DNA of 63,292 bases from positions 244,216 to 307,507 of the forward strand of contig NMRA01000154.1 in assembly GCA_002633005.1 (NCBI GenBank), written 5' to 3'. The translations under genes and the position numbers were made by a program. Origin of the DNA: Phoronis australis. Taxonomy: Eukaryota > Animalia > Phoronida. Shown one piece after another: positions 53,325 to 63,292 of this stretch. The notes beneath the pieces are model-generated. The model was not told where the DNA came from, did no database searches, and saw nothing but the letters and a program-made list of their open reading frames with translations. The first letter of the stretch is position 1, and each line of letters starts with the position of its first letter.

Positions 53325-53535
53325 TTGGTTCTCTTTGAAATTCTTGATGCGGAAGTCATAACCGAGTTGAGCGTAGAAATTGTTGCCAAAACTGAACATT
53401 TGACCATTTTCCAGCCAAACGAATGAATGTCGACCTCCACAGGCGATCCCCTGAACAGGTGCCGGTTTGACCTGGTTAGCATACAGCAGCACCCTCTGGG
53501 GAGTTTGTTGACAGTCTTTTCCACCAAGTCCAAGT
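53325..53535 (-). CDS. RCC1-repeat protein, coding exon 3
   Basis: tttccag|A...CAA|GTTAGT. Encodes LGLGGKD...IACGGRHSFVWLENGQMFSFGNNFYAQLGY...ENQ. Phases 2/0. Confidence 0.93.
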
Positions 53536-54108
53536 CTGGAAATGAATAAGAGAAACACTGTAAGCTCACACAGGAGTAAATCCACACAGAGGTCGAGTGT
53601 ACAAGTTCTGCTGCTAAAGGTGTTCAATCAGAAGGTCTGTCGTCTTAGCAGACCTGCACTTAAGTTGTCACACTGGCAGTTTTAAGAATGCAAGCTCTAA
53701 CACATACTGTTAATTTTGAAATAGATGTGCAGTCAAGCTGTAACAGAGACTGTTTTTTGGAATCGACGTGCAGTCAAGCTGTAAAGCTGGCAACAAAACT
53801 GCTTCTCCCATACACAATACTAAAGGAAATTGTTCCAACAAATTGTCCACTAGTAACCACTCTCAAACTCTTGAGTTTATTTTGACCAACAGATGGTGTG
53901 TATGAAGACTAATAATTCTTACTTGTCTAATTATTGAATTATTAATTCTACATATGACATGAAACTGGTATGTGCGAAAATTACCATTTATGACAATTCA
54001 ATTAATTTAAGCAAGAATATCTTGCTTTGGACGAGAAAATACCTCTGCAAACAAAGTTTTTTTTTGAAAAAATAGTGTTTAAATGTTAACATTGAAAACA
54101 ATACTCAC

Positions 54109-54151
54109 TGGCCGCTGCTTCCGTTCCCCCAGGCAAAAACATCGTTAGACT
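54109..54151 (-). CDS. RCC1-repeat protein, coding exon 2 (43 nt)
   Basis: tgtccag|AG...GGCCA|GTGAGT. Encodes ESNDVFAWGNGSSGQ. Phases 1/2 fit the neighbouring exons. Confidence 0.92.
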
Positions 54152-54984
54152 CTGGACAGATCACAAAAATAAAAATATAGCAAACAAGGGCAACACAGAT
54201 TGTTGAGATGCACCTACTGTGCGCATCACATACAACATACATAATAGGAGAGATTATTATTTTTAACATTGTCATTATAGATGGAGCAATACTTGAATCC
54301 ATAGACAGTGCAAAGCCAGTCATTCAGAACTTGTGGGGGAAATTAAGCGCCACCTGTCGACATCGCGTCGAGATTTAGCCAGAATTGAAATGAAAACAAA
54401 CGGATATTTAGTGGTGGTTTTGTGAGGCAAAACTTTTCCAAATGATTCATTATCCAGTTTATTTTGAAAACAACAGCATTAGCTATTGTAGCAACCATCA
54501 CATGAGAGGCCTTCACAATTACACAAACTTTATTTTCATCATCAAAAAATTATACCGTCAGACTGCAAAACAAAATAGCTATTTTAAGAAATTGATGGAG
54601 GGTGTTACGAGCAACAGAATTTTCATAGTCACTTCCATCATTATCATGGCAGACCAAGTTACAACAGCCAAACATACAATAGCATGTAACCACAGCTGCT
54701 TACCACAACTTAGACAACGCAAACCAAAAGTTTCATGTGATCAGCTGACTTGTCACATGACTAGTTGTTCACTGATTATTCACACATGTCTATACTTTGA
54801 ATCTAGCTATACACTGAGAGTATGCGCATGTGCATATCCTGCACACCATGTAACAATTGGTGTGCATTAAGTAAGGCTGACGAATGCTGCATATTGTGGG
54901 ACTATAATACACTATAGTTCAAACTTAACAAATACAAAGAGAGATAACTATTCATGTGGTTACCACGGAAACACTCCAACACAC

Positions 54985-55264
54985 CTGTAACTACCAGTGT
55001 ATGGCTAGAGCCGCAGGCAGTCAGTCTCACGTAATCATCTGGTCCACTTCCACAGAAAAACGACACGGCACTCTTCTCACTAGATACATCCTCTTTGACC
55101 TCATGACAGTGTTGTCCAAACTCTCCACAACCCCAGCTCAAAAAGACGCCCTCTTTTGGATCCACAGCTTCTCGTTCTGTCTCTCCCAGAGTTGCCGAGT
55201 CACTTTCAATGTTGCCCGGCCATTTTTCTACTTCAGGGGATGAATGTTCACAGGCTTCTTCCAT
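54985..55264 (-). CDS. RCC1-repeat protein, coding exon 1 of 12
   Basis: ATG at 55264 with in-frame upstream TAA; acceptor tttcag|G with exon start at 55303. Encodes FLSWGCGEFGQ...ACGSSHTLVVT. Donor ACAG|GTGTGT, phase 1. Confidence 0.9.
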
Positions 55265-56071
55265 TTTTTCAGCTTTGCACAGACCAGTCTGTAGTTAGAC
55301 ATCCTGAAATTAACTCAAAATGGAATTAGGTTTTATTTTTGTTGCACTATATGAGCAGATGTCTCACAATCATCTCATACATTATCTTACAGCTGCATGC
55401 AGTTAAAACGAGTGACAGTCATGCAGCTGCAAGCAATGGTTACTAGGCGACTGTAGCTGACTTGGCATGCCACCATTTTTGAAACGTCGATCACGTGCAT
55501 TTTTGTAGCTTTTGAAAAAGTTTTAATCCTAAGCTGAAATTAATGCAAGCGGGTGCTGATTTTCTTTAAAGTGGCAATTACTCCGCCTTGCATCCAAGAA
55601 GCAAACTTTTACTGCAGTAAAATTGATCTTAAGTTACTACTTGCTTAAACGAAAAGTGATTTCTGATTTCATGACAGTTCGTTATTCCTTAAGACCATTC
55701 TCAGGAGAATAACGTAAAATAACACACCTTGACAACCCAGCAGGTAGAACCTGCTCTCAACAAGTAACAAACTATTGGTTCTTTTGAACCTCTGAATTCA
55801 CCTCCAATTTAACTATGGAATAATGTGAGACCAGTTTGAAAATAGTAATAGCAGTTTAAGTCAAAAGTTGTTTCTGTGACGGAATTTGGGTTTACACCCA
55901 CTTTTAAATAGTGAGCGCGAGTTTCAAAATAACGCCAATAACCAACTTATAAAATGCTTCTTTTTGGCCTAATGTGAACTCTCACCAACTTAGGATAAGA
56001 TATGGCCAACAAGACTTGATTTAAAAAAATAAGAAGCATCAAATAAAAGTTATAATATTTTCAAGATCTTG

Positions 56072-56294
56072 CAAACATTTCTAAGTCTGGTCAGCACATC
56101 GCATATGTGGCCACATCACGTGACCTAATGAACGTAAGTCTGAAAAGGTTTCTGCCCCAAACAGGACTCAAATCCGGGATCTTCTGCTAACTGTCCTGGC
56201 CCGCAGAATTTTTTTGAGACTTATCGTACATGTTATTCACTAGGTCACGTGATGTGGCCACAGGTGGCGTGCTGACCAGACTTAGAAATGTTTG
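56072..56294. repeat. Foldback palindrome with about 60-bp arms
   Basis: CAAACATTTCTAAGTCTGGTCAGCAC and TGTGGCCACATCACGTGACCTA both have exact reverse complements in the right arm. Confidence 0.9.
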
Positions 56295-57667
56295 TGACAT
56301 ACATTGCCACACAGGTTTAAGAATTTTTAAAATCTATGCCAAAGGTAACACAAGAAAAGGATTTTACAAAATTATCAGGATTCAAAGCCGTGTTGAAAGC
56401 TTTTGAAAAATGAATAAAAATCAACTTTTATAAGTGTTTTTGTCTCAACATGGTGAACTTTTATTGTAACCCTAACATGAATCATCAATGACATCGAGGT
56501 CATTTTCAACAGACTACTCAATGGTCCCCAGTCGAGACGTTCCAACCAAGATTTTACTGACAAGCATTGCATACAGGTCATGCAGAAGTGACACCTGTCA
56601 AACCAGTGTGAAACAGTGACACTTAGTGAACATTCATGTTAAGTCAGCATCACCGAAAGTTACTGTTAGTAATAATATTAAAAAGTGTAAGTACAGACTT
56701 CCTACAGATATGTGTGGTAATTTATCTGTTAATTAATTGTGTCAGTTGCTAAATTGCCAGTGTTCAATACTCACACCTTCTATCACTGGCACTTAGTCAT
56801 GATTTATGAATGAAAGGTAAACAGTCAACATGACAAGCCCTGCCTACAAATATCAGAGTCAATGCTATCTTATTAGGATAGCTTATCTCGTTGATCAGGT
56901 GCTGCATTTAAAAGGTCTAGGTAAACACAAAGGGATCTTGTTTAATGTCACATCATCATAATTTATAAGACAGTTCACCTGTACTGGAAAATGGCTATTT
57001 GACTCAGAATCGATTGTCTTATTTCGATGTCAAGTGATTATAAAATGCTAGCACATTATTTACTTAAAAGAATCAATGTGTGATGTTTTTTAAAAAGTGC
57101 TAAGTTAAAAATTTGTGGACTAATAATTTAAAAGAAACCATGAGAGCACAGGAATTCGTGGTATAAGAAACACAACGTTTTGCTGTATAAACATACAAGC
57201 ATATTCAGGCGACTACAGGTTAAACACTGATTGTTCAAATAGGAAGTCAATTAAACCACAGTGAGCAAGAAATGCAAACAATGTGTTACCATCTCTTGTG
57301 CTCTGGGATTTAACTGACTTCTCACTTGAACACTCAACGCTTAATCAGTTAATAGTAAGATATACCTGGTGTTATTAATTTCTAATTATTGCAGTTCTTT
57401 TAAAACATTACACAATTGTGTTGCCAAAGACTGACATTATTATTATCTATTTACTCATACTTAATACATAATACAAATCAGCAGTTTGTTCATAAATTTT
57501 TACTTCACTGCGATTTACCGTATGCTTAGCATCACTGCGTGGATCTAAGATGTTTCCAGTAAGATACAACAAGAGGGAGGGGGAGGGGAAGGCCAGTGAG
57601 ACGGGAGGGGTTGTCTAAGAAGTGGCGCAAATGAAAGCTGATGCATTGTTACAACAATTTTTCTTAC

Positions 57668-57784
57668 CTTAATTGTGCCTAAGCAGGATTCTTGTCACTG
57701 CATCTTATTGCCAGTCAGAATTAAGCAAACCAGAGAGTGGCAAGTCAAGTCAAGCTACATTTTCTCTGCTTCTATAGGATGTGC
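57668..57784 (-). other. Probable non-coding 5'UTR exon of the RCC1-repeat gene (117 nt)
   Basis: Strong acceptor tttctatttgcttcag|G and donor AAG|GTAAGA. It has several stop codons and only minimal uORFs (ATG-TAG, ATG-CAG-TGA). Confidence 0.6.
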
Positions 57785-58901
57785 CTGAAGCAAATAGAAA
57801 CGGTATGAAAACAATAAGCCAGCAATCAGACAAAACAAGACATTATAGAAACAACAAAACCATGAATCAGACAAAGCAATGGAGTCTGCTGAATCTGTTC
57901 ATTGTGCTTCTCATTATTCGACAACATTCTTAGAATGAGACATTGCAAAAATGAGACTTCTTAGAGGTCCGAGTGTCCAAGATTTATTGTCTGAAATATC
58001 TTTAATTGTTTGTAAAACTCGAATGGTATATGAGATATTTTTAAAACAGCTGAATGTAAGATTGTATGGCCAGGATGTGCTGTTTGGCAATTTATAGGAA
58101 GTTTTGATTTAAGTCTTGGGTCAGCTCCAACAGTCTATACATGTATAAAGCAGAGCAGACTGGTGTTTACATGGCACAATGGAGTCAAAGGCTTTATAGA
58201 AATCAACAACAATCAGCTCACAGTGAGCTACTTTGACAAACAGCTGCATTGTGGGAACATGTAAAGACTAACAGTTAAGCAAACAGAGGGGTATGTCTTA
58301 CATTCCTTGTACATGTATACACACAAGAGTGCAGCTCAACAAGATATATAACTCAAGGACTACATGCAACACGGAGATAGCAATCTTTTGATTCAATTTG
58401 GCTAACTTCTGTATAGCTATTCATCTGTGAACAAACACTTGGATTTTTTAAAAAGAAGCTATAGTTCAATTTGCTGCAACAGTGTATTTTCAATACTTTT
58501 CATTCTACACAAAAGTTAAAAGTTGACTGAAAAAACCTTTGTGTTAAAACAGTTTCTAAAATTAATCCAGACATTGATTTCTTACAACCATAAAGGGTTG
58601 AGTGAAATGAAAACACACAATTTTACCAAATTCTCTGCTAATTTGTTTATTGTACCAGCTTATTCAAGGCCCTGAACTCATCTCTAACTCTATTACATAA
58701 CAAAGAACAAAACTTTATTTTGCCTTAAAAGTTCACCCACAATGCACGAGTGACTGCAGTGCCGCGGCAATTTTCAGGGCCTACACTGAACTAACACGAT
58801 GTTGAACAAATTATTATCCGCTCCCAAACTGTGAACTGTCAGTAAGGTTAGTTACGGATGGGATATTGGTAGAACTACTTTTAGTGAATTCGTCAGAGTG
58901 G

Positions 58902-59340
58902 TTAAAGTTCCTGTAGGACCCCCGAAAATATCCAGTTTTGGCTTATTTTGCACTTACATATCGTTAGAAGTGGCCGATCAGATTCATATGAAACTGACAG
59001 ATATATGCACTGTTCTCCTAATAGCAGTTAGAATTAAATATATTAAAATGTTCCACTTTTGCATGAGGGGCTATTAAAAATAGGAATTTCGTGAAAAAAT
59101 AAAATTTGGATAAAACAAAAAGAAAAAGATACTTTTGAAAAGTGCAAAGGCGTTTTTGGGATCACATCTTAAATTTGATCATGTTCTAATTTTGCTATCA
59201 ATGCACCTTTATTTTTGTAAAATTTTATTAACAAAGACATGATCACGTGACCCAATTAACAACAGACTGTTAAAAGTCAAAATCAAATTCTTCAGGCTTT
59301 GCAGTTTCAGGAAATATATATTTCTACTGAGTTAAAAATC
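58902..59340. mobile_element. Family B copy 3, inverted (right end approximate)
   Basis: Starts TTAAAGTTCCTGTAGGAC. AAATTTGATCATGTT and TTTTGCTATCAATG are exact reverse complements of copy 1 segments. Confidence 0.65.
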
Positions 59341-60599
59341 TAGTAGATATCTGGCTAAGAAGACACACTGATCAATAAGGCCCTACATTTATACCTGTAA
59401 ATAATTACTTGGAATTTTGATGCTCTGAGGAATTTTGACCATCCCAAGTTATAGGCAACACGTAGTCCCTCGGCTGCCAATACAAGGGCTACGATACTTC
59501 CCATCACTCTCTGTACTCATTCCATCTCTTGTATTTAAGCGGGTGGTAGTCTAAATCCACTCACCAAATGAAAGGAGTTTTCCCCTCTTCAAAAAATACA
59601 TTTTAAACTTATTGGTAAAATTATCATTGAAAAAAACACTTACTTTCTATAGCTATCTGGTTTTATGCTAATACATATCTTCAATGTAGCATGACAACGG
59701 AATTACCACGACTTTAATTGATGAAGAATTCCAGCTCCACTTTTTTGGTCGTCGTTATAAGCTTTTCACCGCACGCAGTAACCACAAAGTATTTCAGCAG
59801 ACGTCATGTGAGTTAGGCAAGAACATGACGGAGATGGAGCGATGTCCGGCACCTGGCGCGTGACACTTGCAAAAAAACTAGCAAGGGAATAAATCCAATG
59901 AAATTGGTAAGACTTGTGTCCCTTGGACTTTTTGTTCATCAACAGGTGTGATATCACATAACTTCCTCAAAATAGCACCCAGTGAGATAAGCTCTAGCGA
60001 ACCGCGACAGATTTTCATGGATATATTCAAATTATGTTGACGTAAATTGCATCCAGAGTCACAACGGTATAACCACAAGAGTACTATATGCATGTTTCAT
60101 TCGATTTTCTTTGTTGTATTTTTGGAACGAGTAACTTTTCATAGAGATGTACTAGTAGGCCTACTATTGCCCCTGCATGCCTGCCCACCCAACTTAGTGA
60201 GCTATCACAACAAAATTGCATAATTATGCCTCTCTAGAATATAAATCTCTAGGCTCATGAATAGGTGTAAGAAGACAAGGTCTGGCGGCACATACTAGCT
60301 GTGTAACAGCAAGTATGTTGTAACTCATCAAGTATGCCATGTGAATTCTGTGAGTCCTGAAAGGAACAGAGAGGCTTACAATGTTTGAAGTGTCTGTGTG
60401 CGCGTCACCATCGGAATGACCAGTCAGTGTAACAAAACTGATAGTGATACTGAAACGGCCGGGATCACTGTGTTGTGAATACTGGTTTGTGATCGGTCTA
60501 GATGCAAGACGAACGTTGCAGAGTTCCAGATAGATTGGACAATCATAGTGACGGCAGCCGTGCGTGCAAGTCCCACTAAAGAGACTGACTGATCAGCTA

Positions 60600-61140
60600 C
60601 AGTAGATGAGCATGGCTGTACCCAACAAGTTGGCTCAAGCAGCTAACGCCAACGGCAACAGCAACGGCCTGCGCCTGCGGTCTAAATCAGTGCATGACTA
60701 AGTCAAAGAATCGTAAACAAAACTTGAATACCGTTCAGAAAAACAACAGCGGTAAAAACTTACGGAAAGTGAGCCTTCGTAAATTTCTCATAAAAAACTG
60801 CCAAATGGCAAAACTTAGCGTAACCTGTCCGTGGTGTAGGGTTAAATAAGAACTTACAGCTTCGCGAACAGCGGAGTCTCGCTTTTCGGATTATAGGTCA
60901 GCAACAAAGGCCACGGTTAGTTTACCTTGGACACCACAGAAATATGTTCAAATCTTCCAAGAATGATAATCAAATTGTCACACAACTATAGTCTCTACAT
61001 GTTTCATATAATTTATTTACAGCACAGTGCAGTTAAAGTTTCCAGCCAATATTTTTGTGGCTACAGATTTTTAAAATGGTTGACAGTATGCGGAAGTTTT
61101 TCGCTCATGACTAGTCTCGTTTTATTTCTTACTTGTTTAG
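60600..61140. promoter_or_regulatory. Putative compact bidirectional promoter and first exons for the RCC1-repeat gene (-) and the SNX gene (+)
   Basis: Divergent gene orientation with local return of CpGs. Minus-strand GTAAGT donors at 60763 and 60857, plus-strand GTTAGT donor at 60916, ETS-like CGGAAGT near 61091. Confidence 0.55.
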
Positions 61141-61181
61141 ATGGTCCAGCGTTGCTTGTCGTTACCTAAACTGTTCGCACA

Positions 61182-61247
61182 ATGATAAAGGTTAAAATTC
61201 CACATTACAGAAAGATTGAGGGAGACGAGAACGAGAGGAGTTACACG
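61182..61247 (+). CDS. SNX24: Sorting nexin 22/24-like PX-domain protein, coding exon 1
   Basis: MIKVKIPHYRKIEGDENERSYT resembles the SNX24 N-terminus (MEVYIPSFRYEESDLERGYT). Acceptor tgtttag| ends at 61140; donor ACG|GTGAGG, phase 0. Confidence 0.88.
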
Positions 61248-61760
61248 GTGAGGCCGTTTGAACTGAATTGTTGTTGACTTCGTATTTAGTTACTGAGAGA
61301 TGGTCCCCATCTTAGTGAGGTCGACTAAGTCCCAAAAACACAGTAAAACTGCATCCTAAATATGTATCCACATATTCGTGGGGTTGGGAAAGTGTCGCCT
61401 TAAAATTATGCTAAAACGTGTTTTTGTTGTTTTCCTCAAAAGTGATTCTATGACACGCTCACAATGTCAATCTTTAGTTCGATCTTTAAGAAGGGAGTAC
61501 TGCATAAACCATTACATTGCTATATAGAAACATGAGAAGTCTGGTGAAGTCACCAATCTCACCACTATGTGGCATATGCATGTCTGACCTTAGTAGGGTG
61601 CCAATCTAATTGAAAAACCACCAATATCACTGGGTCTTAAGTGGATAAAACTATTAAGACTAAGAGTATTAAGAGCAATGTCATTCTACACTGATACTAA
61701 TCCAGTATGTGTTTTAAACCATAGCAGTATGGGCAGTTGGAGTTTTGTCTTATAATTCAG

Positions 61761-61949
61761 GTTTACTTGATTGAAGTCTACGTATCTGGGAAATTCCATT
61801 CTGTGGAAAGACGGTACAAGGAGTTTGAACAGCTGCACAAGAAGTTGAAAAAAACAGTTGACTGCCCAGAGTTTCCGCCGAAGAAGGTGATGAAATGGAA
61901 TCCAAAGGTGCTAGAACATCGTCGCCAAGCCTTGGAAAGCTACCTCCAG
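61761..61949 (+). CDS. SNX24: Sorting nexin 22/24-like, coding exon 2 (PX core)
   Basis: aattcag|GTT...CAG|GTGAGG. Encodes VYLIEVYVSGKFHSVERRYKEFEQLHKKLKK...PEFPPKKVMKWNPKVLEHRRQALESYLQ, containing the PX RRY..F..LH and RR..LE.YLQ motifs. Confidence 0.95.
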
Positions 61950-62953
61950 GTGAGGAAGTCTGTCCAGCAGCAAGTATTGAGAATCTGTCATAAACGGCTT
62001 TCTGAAGTCTAAGAAAACAAACTTGTTGCTGGTACAGTGTACTTGATACTGTCATAAACCTGGTCTTGTTGTTGCCTATTCTTATGAGAATTACTTTGAT
62101 GAGGCTATGTTATGACATAGAAAATTCTGCCTTAGTCTAGAAATCATTTCTAATCTTGAGTGAAGATCTAGCTAAAACAAATTTTGCAACTAGTCTCAAT
62201 CTGAAAGTCATACATGTATGGCTCTTCTGTCTGATACATGTACATCTTCAGTATTACAGTTAGGCATCACCATTTATTGTCACGGCTTGTCTTTGCTCTA
62301 TTTTTTCTCTATCACATGGTGTTCCTATCTTGTTTATTTGGCCATTTATTCCCTGTCATTCCCAGATGTATGACAACTTCACCTGCATACAATTTGACCT
62401 AGCTAATAGTACGTCACGTCCTCGTTTTCACTCTAACCATTTCTAACTTAACTTGAAAAGAACTGATACACCAGTCACCGTTTTCCAAGCATGGCAAACC
62501 TTGTCTTCGTAGCCATTGTTGCGCAAGTTTGAACAAGATTGGTGACCAAATTCAAATTCCACCACCAAGCAAAATTCATTTTGTGACTGAATGGTGATAA
62601 GAATAAAAATATCCTATGGCCTGTAGGTACTTGGCGATGTGACTCAAGTACTGACAAAGTTTTTAAAACGAAGTGCAATCTTTGAATTATATCCAAAAAA
62701 TAAAGTATAAAATGACCACAGTTGAATAATATCTCCAAGCTTGACTAAGATGGCACATCCAGCGCCATCTCTTCTTGTCGTCCAGATGTTCAGGCATATG
62801 CTTGTCACCGCCTGTTCACCAAAATATGTTTGACCCTTACTATGTGAAGCTGTTATAGTTCTTAAGTTTAAATGTTATACATTGTCTCACTTTAGTCTAT
62901 ACTCTTGTTTATTATTGGTACATGACTGAACCATGTGTAATATTTTGTTGTAG

Positions 62954-63036
62954 GGTTCATTAGAAAATCAGATGATACCGAGATCTCTTCTCAATTTTCT
63001 CACAATCAACTTGGGTGGCAGTTCTGGAAGTATTGA
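62954..63036 (+). CDS. SNX24: Sorting nexin 22/24-like, coding exon 3 (gene continues past the window)
   Basis: gttgtag|GGT...TGA|GTAAGT. Encodes GSLENQMIPRSLLNFLTINLGGSSGSI, the last PX helix. Phases 0/2. Confidence 0.88.
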
Positions 63037-63292
63037 GTAAGTAATTTGCTTATGTAGTTTGGTTGTGTAATATGCTGTATTATATAAACAGTTTCACTTT
63101 AATTAATTTGTTTTATTAACAAATTGCCCACTTTATGTTTTTAAAGGCGAAGACAACCTTTTTCCATGTCATTTTGAGCTAAAATAAGGTTGGTTGGTTA
63201 TCCTAGACATATTTTTCACTTAATTACAGCTTTTCGTAATTTTATTAATTATTCGTCCGCTTTTCCGGAAGTGACGTTTTAGGAGGCAAGCG

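Noticed and set aside
38645-55264. Naming the RCC1 gene RPGR, HERC, SERGEF or RCCD1
   Set aside because: Diagnostic domains or termini are missing and orthology cannot be determined by eye.

Overview
This is animal genomic DNA, intron-rich and AT-rich, most likely from a marine invertebrate; it is not prokaryotic, so most short ORFs in the track are noise. Three protein-coding genes can be rebuilt by hand with consistent GT-AG phases. (1) A COUP-TF/NR2F nuclear receptor on the minus strand: only the first coding exon (17396-16820, N-terminus plus zinc-finger DNA-binding domain) is present, and its intron runs more than 16.8 kb off the left edge. (2) An apparently complete 12-coding-exon minus-strand gene (55264-38645, about 973 aa) with a seven-repeat RCC1 beta-propeller and a long low-complexity tail. 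(3) The first three coding exons of an SNX22/24-type PX-domain sorting nexin on the plus strand (from 61182), head-to-head with the RCC1 gene. About 20 kb upstream of COUP-TF has no recognisable coding sequence and holds many non-autonomous DNA transposons, with 9-bp, 5-bp or TTAA target duplications, plus minisatellites. Best observations: a DR1 element upstream of COUP-TF that is 12/13 identical to the vertebrate NR2F promoter retinoic-acid element as I recall it; a young 9-bp-TSD MITE whose terminal repeats carry CRE and CTCF-like motifs; mirror-image start-overlapping uORFs in the two divergent genes; a sharp CpG-rich versus CpG-poor domain structure; and two intronic palindromes. I found no convincing wholly new multi-gene system.
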